Shown: positions 38,816-49,334 of the stretch, piece by piece
Position numbering within the stretch: position 1 is the first letter of the stretch
Layout of the letters: every line of letters begins with the position of its first letter
From: a virus
Lineage: Duplodnaviria > Caudoviricetes
DNA length: 64,000 nucleotides
Virus record (IMG/VR): IMGVR_UViG_3300001528_000407
Span: 1 to 64,000 of that record
Reading direction: 5' to 3' (one strand)
Position numbers and translations under genes: made by a program
The notes under the pieces: generated by a model
The model's database searches: none
The model's input: only the letters and a program-made list of their open reading frames with translations
Told to the model about the DNA's origin: nothing

Positions 38816-39730
38816 TTACTCCAATGTTTCCTTCTGAAACTTGAAGTCTGGAATAAGCTGCTGCATTCTATTCAAGATGGTGTTGTGGATCAAGCAACCT
38901 ATCATCTTGGCGTTCGGGTGAGCCTTGCCGGTACTCTCCAGGAAACGAAGGTTGATGATGTGTTGCCACTCCTTGATGTTGTAGGTATATGCCACCACGG
39001 TATAGGTATCAAGCGGAAGAATGCCTCTTGCATCCTGAGCCTTCAATCCGCTCTTCAGCAATCGTAGGTATATCCAACTACTCACCTTGCAGCCAATAGT
39101 AAAGAGGAATCTTTGCCACCAGGTACCATCGTGCAACCAATGGGGTTTGGCTATCTGCACACCACCTTTCTTCTCCATATTCACGTAGCGAGTACTCTGC
39201 TCGCTGATACAGTTGGGCGATGTGCGGTTCAACTCTCGTGAAGTTGAAATCTGGGTAGTTACCACCATCGTCATGCGAAGGAGATAATAAGCCTCCTGAC
39301 AGTCGTACTTTTGAGCCATCGTAATAAAGTCCTCTTCCTCCACCTCATATCGCTCTACCAGCTTGTAGAGGCTGCCATGCTCGCACATAAACTGGAGGTT
39401 GGTACTGATCCATACCTTTCTATCCTTCACTGCATAGTCGATGTATGGCGATGCACAGAGGAATGCCCAAAGGTCACGAGGCACCTGCCCGCTATTCTTG
39501 ATGAAGAAGTAGAGCGTGCCATGACGATACATCGAGCGATGCCCACTATCCCAAAAGCGGTTGCAAAGTTTGACGGCTTGCTCCTCTCTGAACTTCTCTT
39601 TCTGCTCCTCGGACAAATCCTCGTCAGACTTCTTCGCCTTGCTCTTGTAACAGATTCTGCCCACCTTGGCTATCTGCTGGACGGCGGTCTTCTGCGGCCA
39701 CCACTCCACACCAGGAATTATCATTTTCAT
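38816..39730 (-). CDS. thyX: Flavin-dependent thymidylate synthase
   Basis: GHRSMYRH, SRELNR...SEQSTRY and AQDARGILP...WQHIINLR...AHP motifs. Confidence 0.9.
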   Translation of the reverse strand: MKMIIPGVEWWPQKTAVQQIAKVGRICYKSKAKKSDEDLSEEQKEKFREEQAVKLCNRFWDSGHRSMYRHGTLYFFIKNSGQVPRDLWAFLCASPYIDYAVKDRKVWISTNLQFMCEHGSLYKLVERYEVEEEDFITMAQKYDCQEAYYLLRMTMVVTTQISTSRELNRTSPNCISEQSTRYVNMEKKGGVQIAKPHWLHDGTWWQRFLFTIGCKVSSWIYLRLLKSGLKAQDARGILPLDTYTVVAYTYNIKEWQHIINLRFLESTGKAHPNAKMIGCLIHNTILNRMQQLIPDFKFQKETLE

Positions 39731-39762
39731 TTTTCTTCTCTGTATATTGTTTAATATGTATA

Positions 39763-40269
39763 TTATTCAGTCTCTCTAAGCCTCTTGGCTACCAGCGCAA
39801 CCAACTCACGCAAATCAACCATCGAGGAATTATTGAATATGATATATTCATAATCATTAATATCCAGATGGTAGCGGTCGTGATCACGTGCTTGTCGCTC
39901 CTTGCTGACACCTCTCTTTTCGAGCGTATCGGAATGAGCGGACACATAGATGTTCACAAGTTTAATATCAGGAAATCGCTCACACAGCTTCACCAAACCT
40001 TTCTCGTCTATCACGTAGATGGCGTTATCGGACAGCTGGCCTACCTCCGTCCAATATTCATAACCTCCATATTGTGTGTAAGCCAACATCTGATTTTTAG
40101 CCACCCTGCACTTATCCACGAAGTAATGTTGGATGCCATCCGACTCACCCTTACGAATAGGGCGAGTAGTATAAGAGCATATCATATTATACCCCGTCAT
40201 GGCAGATAGCATCATAGCCACCGTATCTTTGCCAGCCCCACTGGAGCCTGTAATTGTTATCAATCTCAT
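39763..40269 (-). CDS. Guanylate-kinase-like nucleotide kinase
   Basis: P-loop GSSGAGKDT, SYTTRPIRKGE.DG..HYFV and YGGYEYWT motifs. Confidence 0.85.
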   Translation of the reverse strand: MRLITITGSSGAGKDTVAMMLSAMTGYNMICSYTTRPIRKGESDGIQHYFVDKCRVAKNQMLAYTQYGGYEYWTEVGQLSDNAIYVIDEKGLVKLCERFPDIKLVNIYVSAHSDTLEKRGVSKERQARDHDRYHLDINDYEYIIFNNSSMVDLRELVALVAKRLRETE

Positions 40270-40306
40270 ATTTTGTATATATTTTTTATTCAGTGTTTAA
40301 TATAAC

Positions 40307-40385
40307 TAACCGTGAAATAACAGTGAAATAACCGTGAAATATCAGTGAAATATTCATAAGACTTTCGTAAGACTTTCATAAGACT
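40307..40385. repeat. Two adjacent 11-bp tandem arrays
   Basis: TA(A/T)C(C/A)GTGAAA x4 (40307-40350), then TTC(A/G)TAAGACT x3 (40353-40385). Confidence 0.88.
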
Positions 40386-40508
40386 TTTATGTAAAGTCTT
40401 TTTCGCTTATCACGAGTACCTCTTTTCGATTGTCTTTCGTCAAACTTTATGACTTGTCATTTAGAAATTCAAATTCGGGTACTGAGTCAACGACGGATAA
40501 TCGTACTA

Positions 40509-41606
40509 TTAATGCAGCTCCCTCCAAACTTGTTGCTTGATGGAATGATACTCTCCCTCACCGCAATTCTGCTTGAAAGCATGAATGAGGTAGGCATAGG
40601 TTACGGTATTGCTACTACCCAGCTGCCTCCACTTCTGTGAAGTCTGAGCCGAATTATACTTTCGGCTGCAAGCGGAAAGGTCATGGAAGAGACGCTCACC
40701 GTATGGGTGAGCCTTCAATGCCCAACCCGCCTTGGTCCACTCATCATAACTTTCTGCGATATTAATGCCTCTGCCCGCAAGCGTCTTCACTATCAGTTCT
40801 ATCAATCTATCTTGTGTGCGAGGGTCGTTCCAGAAAGATCTGTATGCCTCTTCCGAGTTATAACTGGAGTTGTTACTCATCGCTTGCTGATAACGCTGTC
40901 TCGCTTGTCGCTCGTAGTTGATTCGCGCTTGCGGTACCACCTGCGGCTCATCCATCAACAAGCCCCGATAAGGCTGCACATGATTATTAATGTAGATATG
41001 ATCCTCGTCATCCCAGGATGCAAAGCGCACTCGCCCGATGTTGCCACACTGTTTGTCGAGCACGATGCCAAGAGCCGCATAGTCTCGAAGCAAGGCTTTG
41101 AATTGCGCCTTATGCTTATCGGGATAAGCCAACTTTACCAAGCCGAAATATCCGGTACCCGAGCAACTTCTCATCAACAAACCTATCTCTGGACGAAAAC
41201 GAGCCACCATTTTGATATTCTCGAAGTTGGTAAGCTGCAAATTATCTTGCAGGTCGATGTCGATGGCGAGCCAGCCGGTATGCTGTTTCAGATGGGTCTC
41301 TCTTCGGGAAACCATCACTCGCTGCCCTGGGTGGGTAAGGCTCTCGTCCTCGTAGAGAGAGAAGAGACCGCTCAACGTAGCTCCAGGTAACATCTTCTTG
41401 GTGTCGATGTATTCGGGCATCTTCTTTGCCTTGCTGCCATATTCCTGGCGCATCGCCCTCAACTTCTCAACATACGGCTTCCATCTATCCGTAAGACAGA
41501 ACTCACGGATAGACATCTGCTGAATGCACTCACCCGTCTCTCTATCGACGAACCTTCCGTAGGCATCGGTGGCAGACTCGTATATGGAACAAATTTCTTC
41601 AAACAT
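40509..41606 (-). CDS. BT4734-like (VirE N-terminal) primase-polymerase with PriCT-2 domain
   Basis: KKMLPGATLSG, WLAIDID, RSCSGTGYF and CGNIGRVRFASWD motifs; C-terminal YDEW.KAGWAL...FHDLS..SRKYN. Confidence 0.8.
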   Translation of the reverse strand: MFEEICSIYESATDAYGRFVDRETGECIQQMSIREFCLTDRWKPYVEKLRAMRQEYGSKAKKMPEYIDTKKMLPGATLSGLFSLYEDESLTHPGQRVMVSRRETHLKQHTGWLAIDIDLQDNLQLTNFENIKMVARFRPEIGLLMRSCSGTGYFGLVKLAYPDKHKAQFKALLRDYAALGIVLDKQCGNIGRVRFASWDDEDHIYINNHVQPYRGLLMDEPQVVPQARINYERQARQRYQQAMSNNSSYNSEEAYRSFWNDPRTQDRLIELIVKTLAGRGINIAESYDEWTKAGWALKAHPYGERLFHDLSACSRKYNSAQTSQKWRQLGSSNTVTYAYLIHAFKQNCGEGEYHSIKQQVWRELH

Positions 41607-41649
41607 AACTCGGATATATTTATTTCTCTATTCGGTTGCAAAATTAAAA

Positions 41650-42340
41650 AATAAATTTGAAATATGCAATATTTGGGATATTTATTTTATAGGTAAAACA
41701 AATTTTTAATGCTTTTTATATAGTCATGCACATATCTGGGCTATATTTTCACAACAAAAGTCCAAAAAATAAACTTTTCTTGGTCCAAAAGTCCAAAAAC
41801 GAGACCAAATGTTTAAAAAAACTTTGAGGTATCAAAAAGTTTTCAGACCAAATGTTTAAAAATGTCCTCCATTGTTTATGCTCTGTCCCCCTATTGTCCA
41901 TGAATTGATTATTTCTAATTTTGCTTTTTCTCGCTGAAAATTAGCGGATTATCTATCTATTGTTTAAAAATTTATGTTTTTTCTATAAATAGGAAGTGAT
42001 GCGTGGTAAAAATAAATTTAGAAAGTGTATATGTTTTAGGGAAAATCTAATAAAATCAGCCGTTTTGTTGCTGTTTACCCATATCACTTAAACTACTCAT
42101 TGTCAAATGATTACAACAAAGTTGTATATGCTACCTACTTATAGTTTGAGGTTAGGGGATTTTGAATATAGGGAAAAGAAAAAATGTCGGGAAATTCTAT
42201 AAGGGGTTTGCGAAAAACGCAATATTTTTGGACTTTTGTCCTCAAAATACCCCCAAAAGTCCAAAAATCAACAAGTTACCGTAGTTTGGTAGAAATAGTC
42301 AAAGAAATCGGTTTTTTGACAATCACAGAGAAAAGCCAAC
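41650..42340. other. Long AT-rich non-coding region with iteron-like repeats, candidate replication origin
   Basis: AAAAGTCCAAAAA at 41756, 41787, 42255 and inverted at 42225; AGACCAAATGTTTAAAAA at 41802 and 41845; adjacent to the primase. Confidence 0.55.
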
Positions 42341-42362
42341 AATACGGGGGTTCGGGGTAAAG

Positions 42363-42394
42363 AAAAACCGCCTCGTTATCACAACGAAGCGGTT
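42363..42394 (-). terminator. Terminator after the tape measure gene
   Basis: AACCGCTTCGTT-GTGAT-AACGAGGCGGTTTTT on the - strand. Confidence 0.8.
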
Positions 42395-42498
42395 CAAAAT
42401 AAAAATCAACAAAAATCTAACTAATATATAATAAAGATGAAAACATTAAGTTCATCATAGCCCCGAATATCACCCATATCGGGCGATATTCGAGAGGC

Positions 42499-45400
42499 TT
42501 AACTCTTGCCCTTCATAAATTGATTAGCCTTATTCATGCTATCATAGAGATTGCCACGGCCGTACATATCAATCTTTGCGCTGATAGGCTGCGACAATCG
42601 CTCCAGGAGCGCATTAACCGCTTGCATGAGGGCTGCATTGCTTGCGGTGCTTGCTGCTATCATGTCGCCCGTCGCTGACGCGCCAGGCGAAAGATTACCA
42701 TTGCTTGCTTGCAAGCCTGCTGCAAGGGTATCGGCTACGTTGCCATTGTCAAAAGCCCTTCTTGCTGCGTTTCTCCCTGAATAGTTACTGTCGTAGTTGA
42801 CGAGTGCCTTCAGTAGCTGAGGGTTGTTCATCATCATGGCATGGGTTGTCTCACGACCAATCACGATTTCGGGACCTTTCTCTGCTACGAGGGATGGTTG
42901 CCCATTGATAGTGGTAGCGGTTGGGGTGGATAGCATCTGTACCCCACTCTGCTTAGGCGCATCGTCCTCTTTCGCCCAATACACCTCGCCATTGTCGGCT
43001 ACGAAAGGTTTTAAGTCTTGCACGTTTCCGCTATCGTAGGTCAACATACCTGTCACCAGTTTGGTATTTGTGCTACTCGTAGAAGACTTCTTCTTGCCTC
43101 CACCGAGTGCCGAAGACAGTGCCCACTGCAATAAGCCCATGAGGGTTGACATCACTACTGCGGCTGCAATAGGACCAGCGATAGGACCGAGGAACTCAAA
43201 ACATTTCGCCATGGCACCTGCGATGGAGAATGTTACCTCACCTTGCGTGCGAGCTGCATCAGACTGAAGAGTCTCATCATTGTTCTTCTGTTTAGCTGCA
43301 AGGTTCATCGTTAAAGCCTTGTCGGTAGCTGTGACGATGGCATTCTGAGCAAGCTCGGTACCCCTTGTTTGCTGGGTATTACCCTCGTCGGTAGTCTGAA
43401 CGATGTCCTTCATTCCCTTATCGGTCTCCTTAGAGCGGTCCTTTGCGCCTTTCTTCACTTCCTTGGTAAGTTCCTGCTGGTGCTTCTTCTCCTTTTTGAG
43501 CTGCTTTTTTTGCTCCTTGTCGGTCTTATCGCCACCATTGGTGTTATTACCCGCATTGGTGTTTGCGGTCGCTCCTGCGTCCGAATTTGAGCCATTTCCA
43601 CCAACGGTGAACTCTTGGTTCATCAGGCCACCGATAACGCTGCCACCGATGCCAGCCACAGCATCAGATAATGACAATCCATTACCAGTAGCTGCATCGG
43701 CGATGGCAGAGCCAGCCTCGCTACCCGCACCGGCAAGAGTTTTACCTACATTTCTCGCATTGGAGTTTGCAGGTTGTTTATCGGGTGCACCCTTGCCAGC
43801 AGGAGGTTCGATACCGAAAGCCTCACGGTTATAGTCATCAATAGTACCATCAGGGTTACGCTTCTGCCATGCACGAGGCGGCTCTCCCTGTGAGAGTGGA
43901 GTGCCATTGGCATCTACGTATTCGTTACCTACCAAGCGTACCCACATCGGATTGTCGGCTGTACCCAGGTTACGCCAATCGGCATTGATATAAGTTTCTG
44001 CATTCGCTTTTGCATCTGCACGAGCCGCATCTATATCGGGCTGTGCCTTATTCTTGCCTTGCTTGGCACCTGCATCGTTGATGGCTTTCCACATCTGGGT
44101 ATTGACATCGTTCAATGCCATCTTTCCCCAACTCTCCAACATGGATTTGAGGGCATTCTTGATAGCTTCTTGTGCGCTCGATACATCATTGCGCATTTCA
44201 GCAAACGCTTGACCTACTGCTGCGCCGAAATCCTCAATAGGCTGCACAAGTTCCTTCATCTGCGAAAGGCGAGATTTCATCGCCGTAGCAAGCTGGTTGG
44301 CATAATTCAGTTCTGCCTCCTGGCGAGACTTATCTGCTTCCAATAAGAGCTGTTTGTTACGAGAACTCTTTTCGATGAAGTAATAGTAATCCTCGGCCGC
44401 TTTCAGACGAGCCTTCATCAATTCTACCTCTGGATCAGCAGTCAAGTCGGCAAGACCGAGGTTAGAGAGGAGGTTGGTTCGCTTACCAAAGAGATTGCTT
44501 TCCTGCTGCATCTTGCGAAGTTTCTCTTGGTTGGCAAGATTGCGCTTATTGGTATTCCACATCTGGTCGGCAATCTTTTTTTGTTGGTCGTAGGTCTTCT
44601 TTTGTGCCTCGGTGTATTCGTCGGAGTATTGAAGAAGCTTGTTGTAAAACACTCTCCAATCCTCAGCATTATTACCAAGCACACTCTGAATGCGCGAAGC
44701 CATACCATCGGGATCGTCACCGAAGAGCATCTGCATCAAAAGGCTTCTACCTGCGTTATCGGAAACATCTATCTGATATAACTTATTGATGTCTTGACGT
44801 GCAGTCTCATACATTTTGATAATGTTAGCCTTTCGCTTGTCGAAAGCTGCTTTATCGCTTGCCTCCACCGACGTAGGATTAGCGTAACCCATGGTGTTGA
44901 AATCATCGTACATATTCTGCTGCACGGCACCCATATAGTTGTTTTCCTGAGCAACTTTACGGCGAGCTTCCAGCTGCTGTGCCTCCAACTTGATACGATT
45001 CTGCTCGTTTTGTGTAGCCTTTGCAAATATCTCGGCGGTGATAGAACCCATAGAACGATTCAATCCCTTACCAAGCTGTTCCATCTTTGCACGTAGATCA
45101 TCTACATTGTTGGCAGTGATACCATTCAAGAGATTTTTGGATAGATTAATACCTGTGGCATCGGTTTTCTCCACCAAATCATTATCCATCGTCTTCTTGA
45201 ATTTCTCCCAAGTATTCTTCTGCCCAGCGATGGCAAGACGTACTTGACTAAGTGCCTCCTCCATGCGTTTGCGTACAGGCTCCACAAACAAGTCCTGCTC
45301 AGTCTTATCCATGCCAAGAGAAACGGCATCGGATAGTTTGGCATTAACTTGTCGCTCATAGAAGTTGCGCACATCGTCCATGATGGCCTTTGCTTCGTCT

Positions 45401-47967
45401 TGCTTCTGCTTCAGCTCATCACGCATAGATTTCAGACGCTCACGCTCCTCTTGCTTCTGCGCACGGATGGCATCTTTGTCAGGCGCATCGTTTTCGAGCG
45501 TGCCAGGCTCATCCTCTACCCAAGGAGTGTAGCCATCAAGATTGACTACCTGATTGAAGTAATCATTGATTTCCTTGTCTTTTGCGGTTTCACGCTTTGT
45601 TGCATTCTGGTAGTGAATAAGTGAGGATAACAAACCCTTGTAACCAATAGGGTTCTCCTTTACCAACTTGCCGTTTTTATCAGTATAAGTATAGTTTCCG
45701 GTCTTCATATCAAAACGGAAACTATCTTGCTTTGCGTCTTTATTGTTCGCCTTAATAATCTGTTGCCATATCCAACCTGCGCCAGCACCTCTATTGAACA
45801 TTTCCATAACGTTCTTTTGGGTGAAGCCACCAGCGAATAGACCGAGACCATTAAGTTCTTTCTTAATGCGATTAGCCGCATTCAGACGATCCATCTGGTA
45901 TTGAGGCATCACATTCTGCTTGGCTTCCTCACGAAGACGATAATAGGTGGCACGCTGTATCTCCTGCGCTAACTCGGAATAATGCTTTTTTAAGTCGCTT
46001 ACGTTTTTGATTTCGATGCCAAGCTTGGAGATATATTGACGGAAATCACGATTAAAGCGAGCTATCTGAGTATTACGCTCTGCCTGTGATACATTAAGAG
46101 TTTCGAGTGTTACCTTGTAAGAATGAAGTTTTCTCGTAAGAGTATCTGTTTGTGATTGAGCCTCTTTTAACTTATCTTTCCAAGCATTCGCTTTTTGCCG
46201 CGCCTCTTCCTCTGCTTTTGCGGCTTCTTCTGTTGCTGTTACATAAGACCATATTGCACCAGCGACAGTCAAGGCTATACTTGCAATAGCACCAAAAATA
46301 TTGGCCTTCATTGCAGTATTAAGAGCTGTTTGCGCAGTTACTGCTCCCCAAATGCCCTTTGCTAAACTACCAAAAAAAGTCAACAATGACCAAAGACCAC
46401 GAGATACTGCAAAATTTACGATAGCAGGCAGCATCCCTACAAATATCTTGGCAGATACTATCAGAGTTTGCAATGCAGCATTTAAAGTTCCCTTGAATAA
46501 CGGACTTTGTGTCATCCATGAGGACATTTCATACCAAGCTTCTGCAAGCGATTTTACGTTATTGACTCCCTCTGGATTCACAAATGCCTTCTCCCAAAGG
46601 TTGTTTGCTCTATCCAAGATACCAGCTGCACTCTCCTGCTGCATCTTATACTCATTGGTTACAGCAGATGCCTCCTCGAAAGCCTCCTTAGACTCGTAGA
46701 GGTGGTCTTTCAACACATCTACGTTCTTCGACATCGTAACCATGGCGGTAACGAGTCGCTGACCGTCGGAGCCAAGGTCTTTAAAGATGCTACCCAGGGC
46801 ATTCATGTTACCTTTGTCTCGCATTTTTTCGAGCACAAGCACGATGGCATCCATGGCATTGCCAGCCGCATACATATTCTTGATGGTACCCTGCTGAATG
46901 CCCAAGTCTTTCTCTATCAAGTTGTGATTCTTCTGCAAGGCTACGATAAACTTAGACATAGCGGTAGCACTTACTTCCGGCATCAGAAAAAGAGAGTCGG
47001 ATGCAGAACCAAGGGCGAGCAACTGGTCGGTAGTGATACCTGCGGTACGAGACACACCGGTCAATCGCTTAGCAAACTCTACGATATTACCTGATGTAGC
47101 AGTAGATGTAGAAGACAACTTAAACATGGCTGAACCAGTAGCAAGCATGGCTTTTTCAATACCCATCTTTGGGATAAGTCCCATCGTCTCCACCATCTTA
47201 GATAGTGCAGGTAAAGCTTCTTCTCCCATTTCCTCACCAATAGCAACATTGATTTGGTCTGCGGCTGCTACGAATTGCTTCATACCATCCACGCCATACT
47301 TACCCATACCCAACTTGGCACCTTGATAGGCAAGTTGTGCCAAACCATCTACGGATGTACGAGTATCTATCTTAGCCAACTCGTTAGACAATTTATTCAC
47401 ATCTTGCATTGTAAGACCTGATACCTTACGAATATCAGTCAAAGAAGAAGAATAATCGAAATTTTTCTTGATGGCTGCGGTAACTGTATCTTTTATCTTG
47501 TTGAACACCGAGAATAAACCTACATACGCCGTGAGGTTCTTCATCGCCGTCTGCCATGCACCACCTTGCTTATGCACCGAACCAGTAAGCTTGTCTATCT
47601 GATTCTGTAAGGTCTTGACATCTTGCTGACGCTGTTTCAGTTTCGGGTCATTTTGGAAGGTTTTTCCCAGCTCACTCTTCGCTGCCACCAGCGCACGGCG
47701 CAATTCTTTGAGCGAGGTGTTGGAAAGGTTGTTGATGGCATTCTTTACTCGCTCGCTGTTCTTGATATTCTGCGCCACAGCGGAATTATAAGAAACCAGC
47801 TCTTTCTCCAGCTTCTTAAACTCTTTTTTGCCTTGGTCGGTAGTCACATCAAGAGCTTGCATCTTCTGCTTGATGCCGTCGATGCGCTGCTGAAGCTCAT
47901 CCATCACCTTCTTGGCTACGGCGGCATTGGCAGTGATTACTATCTGCGTTTTCTTTGCTGTTGCCAT
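42499..47967 (-). CDS. Tail tape measure protein
   Basis: 1822 aa helical protein; N-terminal minor-tail signature (LTDIRKVSGLT...LAKIDTRTS...LAYQGAKLG), hydrophobic central segments, and C-terminal LVAEKGPEIVIG. Confidence 0.9.
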   Translation of the reverse strand: MATAKKTQIVITANAAVAKKVMDELQQRIDGIKQKMQALDVTTDQGKKEFKKLEKELVSYNSAVAQNIKNSERVKNAINNLSNTSLKELRRALVAAKSELGKTFQNDPKLKQRQQDVKTLQNQIDKLTGSVHKQGGAWQTAMKNLTAYVGLFSVFNKIKDTVTAAIKKNFDYSSSLTDIRKVSGLTMQDVNKLSNELAKIDTRTSVDGLAQLAYQGAKLGMGKYGVDGMKQFVAAADQINVAIGEEMGEEALPALSKMVETMGLIPKMGIEKAMLATGSAMFKLSSTSTATSGNIVEFAKRLTGVSRTAGITTDQLLALGSASDSLFLMPEVSATAMSKFIVALQKNHNLIEKDLGIQQGTIKNMYAAGNAMDAIVLVLEKMRDKGNMNALGSIFKDLGSDGQRLVTAMVTMSKNVDVLKDHLYESKEAFEEASAVTNEYKMQQESAAGILDRANNLWEKAFVNPEGVNNVKSLAEAWYEMSSWMTQSPLFKGTLNAALQTLIVSAKIFVGMLPAIVNFAVSRGLWSLLTFFGSLAKGIWGAVTAQTALNTAMKANIFGAIASIALTVAGAIWSYVTATEEAAKAEEEARQKANAWKDKLKEAQSQTDTLTRKLHSYKVTLETLNVSQAERNTQIARFNRDFRQYISKLGIEIKNVSDLKKHYSELAQEIQRATYYRLREEAKQNVMPQYQMDRLNAANRIKKELNGLGLFAGGFTQKNVMEMFNRGAGAGWIWQQIIKANNKDAKQDSFRFDMKTGNYTYTDKNGKLVKENPIGYKGLLSSLIHYQNATKRETAKDKEINDYFNQVVNLDGYTPWVEDEPGTLENDAPDKDAIRAQKQEERERLKSMRDELKQKQDEAKAIMDDVRNFYERQVNAKLSDAVSLGMDKTEQDLFVEPVRKRMEEALSQVRLAIAGQKNTWEKFKKTMDNDLVEKTDATGINLSKNLLNGITANNVDDLRAKMEQLGKGLNRSMGSITAEIFAKATQNEQNRIKLEAQQLEARRKVAQENNYMGAVQQNMYDDFNTMGYANPTSVEASDKAAFDKRKANIIKMYETARQDINKLYQIDVSDNAGRSLLMQMLFGDDPDGMASRIQSVLGNNAEDWRVFYNKLLQYSDEYTEAQKKTYDQQKKIADQMWNTNKRNLANQEKLRKMQQESNLFGKRTNLLSNLGLADLTADPEVELMKARLKAAEDYYYFIEKSSRNKQLLLEADKSRQEAELNYANQLATAMKSRLSQMKELVQPIEDFGAAVGQAFAEMRNDVSSAQEAIKNALKSMLESWGKMALNDVNTQMWKAINDAGAKQGKNKAQPDIDAARADAKANAETYINADWRNLGTADNPMWVRLVGNEYVDANGTPLSQGEPPRAWQKRNPDGTIDDYNREAFGIEPPAGKGAPDKQPANSNARNVGKTLAGAGSEAGSAIADAATGNGLSLSDAVAGIGGSVIGGLMNQEFTVGGNGSNSDAGATANTNAGNNTNGGDKTDKEQKKQLKKEKKHQQELTKEVKKGAKDRSKETDKGMKDIVQTTDEGNTQQTRGTELAQNAIVTATDKALTMNLAAKQKNNDETLQSDAARTQGEVTFSIAGAMAKCFEFLGPIAGPIAAAVVMSTLMGLLQWALSSALGGGKKKSSTSSTNTKLVTGMLTYDSGNVQDLKPFVADNGEVYWAKEDDAPKQSGVQMLSTPTATTINGQPSLVAEKGPEIVIGRETTHAMMMNNPQLLKALVNYDSNYSGRNAARRAFDNGNVADTLAAGLQASNGNLSPGASATGDMIAASTASNAALMQAVNALLERLSQPISAKIDMYGRGNLYDSMNKANQFMKGKS

Positions 47968-48012
47968 ATTGCTTTTGATTTTTGTTTTATACGATATAAA
48001 AAGAAAAAGAAA

Positions 48013-48543
48013 TCAGAATAACTTGATAGGGCTTGCATCCTCGAAGGTATTGATAAGTTTTACCTCGCCCTCGTAGCCATAGAAATCTACCAGGTAGTTG
48101 GCTATGCGCTGTTGCAGATGGCGAAGCTCCATCATGATGGCAGGACGTTGCGAGCTACCTCGCTTTCTGTCCCACTTGGAGATATATCGGGTTTGGTATC
48201 GGGCTTTCTTGCCGTTCTGCACATCCTCGTACTTGGTACCCTGGCCTACACCCATATCCACGAAGCGCATATAGTCGTTGAATTGGAAGGCCATCGTTAC
48301 CTTACCATTCTCTCCTACTTCGATTATCTTACCCGCAAAGGATTTTACGCCCTCACCAGTAGAGTACCAAGCGTTACCCATCTCCTTGCGCTTTTGGTTG
48401 ACTACGGCATAGCCTTTATATACCTCCTTCGGGAATATGCACTGCGTCATGGTGTTTACTTCCAACTGATTGATGGTCTGCTGGAAGAAACGTCCTGCCA
48501 CCCTACTGAAAGGAAACATCGGGTTCTTGATAGGTTTGCCCAT
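48013..48543 (-). CDS. Putative tail completion/neck protein
   Basis: 176 aa basic protein with YMRFVDMGVG, upstream of the tape measure gene. Confidence 0.5.
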   Translation of the reverse strand: MGKPIKNPMFPFSRVAGRFFQQTINQLEVNTMTQCIFPKEVYKGYAVVNQKRKEMGNAWYSTGEGVKSFAGKIIEVGENGKVTMAFQFNDYMRFVDMGVGQGTKYEDVQNGKKARYQTRYISKWDRKRGSSQRPAIMMELRHLQQRIANYLVDFYGYEGEVKLINTFEDASPIKLF

Positions 48544-48652
48544 AATGATATTCTTTTTTTAGTTTCTTTATGTGATTTCGTAAGCGAGACTTTTACGCCC
48601 TACCCTTCCATTGATGCAAAGGAAAAGATAGGGCGATTAAGCCAAGATACAA

Positions 48653-49303
48653 TTATTGATTTTCGTTTTCTTTATCTTTGGTGTCGGTAGATGAATTATC
48701 ATCGCCACCATCATCATCGCCATCGTCAGGCTTCGGAAAGTTGTACTTTCCATTCTTGACGCAATCGAACTTATATAGTGGTTGCAGACTCTTCCAATCG
48801 ACCCCTGCCACCAACCATTGTCCGGAATACAACTCGCCTATCAGCCCACAAGAGAAGGATGTAATGTCGATGGATTGTATTTCCGACATGATAACAGGAT
48901 CATCGGCGAACGACCGGTCGGTTATCGGGCATTTGCCTTTGCGCTTCACCTCCACGAACCAAGATACGAGGTCTTTGCAATACTCCATCAGGTCGGTGGC
49001 AACTTGCTCTAATTTATTGCCATCGTATCTGCCAAGTGTCTGCGTGGTGTCCTTTATCTTGGTAAGGAACCAGACCTGGTGAGATACCTCCATCTTGCCA
49101 GCCGATTGAAACTCGCCTGTGCTCAATACGCTGTAGAGCATACACGGCGAATGCACTTGGTTGGCATTGCGCGTAAAGATATTCTCCAAGTCGATGTATC
49201 TTATACGGAAGAAGCTCTTATCTTCCAGTTTCTTGCTCAATGGATCGTGAGAAAGGGGCTTGTAGATTTGCGCCCAATGCTCCAAAACGTCTGATATTGT
49301 CAT
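48653..49303 (-). CDS. Putative tail terminator-like protein
   Basis: 216 aa ORF in the tail operon; assignment from context only. Confidence 0.45.
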   Translation of the reverse strand: MTISDVLEHWAQIYKPLSHDPLSKKLEDKSFFRIRYIDLENIFTRNANQVHSPCMLYSVLSTGEFQSAGKMEVSHQVWFLTKIKDTTQTLGRYDGNKLEQVATDLMEYCKDLVSWFVEVKRKGKCPITDRSFADDPVIMSEIQSIDITSFSCGLIGELYSGQWLVAGVDWKSLQPLYKFDCVKNGKYNFPKPDDGDDDGGDDNSSTDTKDKENENQ

Positions 49304-49334
49304 ATTTATTATCTATTATTTCGTGTTGGTAAAA

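Noticed and set aside
47968-49303. Tail-assembly-chaperone frameshift upstream of the tape measure gene
   Set aside because: No overlapping ORF pair or convincing slippery heptamer was seen; the two genes look like independent completion proteins.
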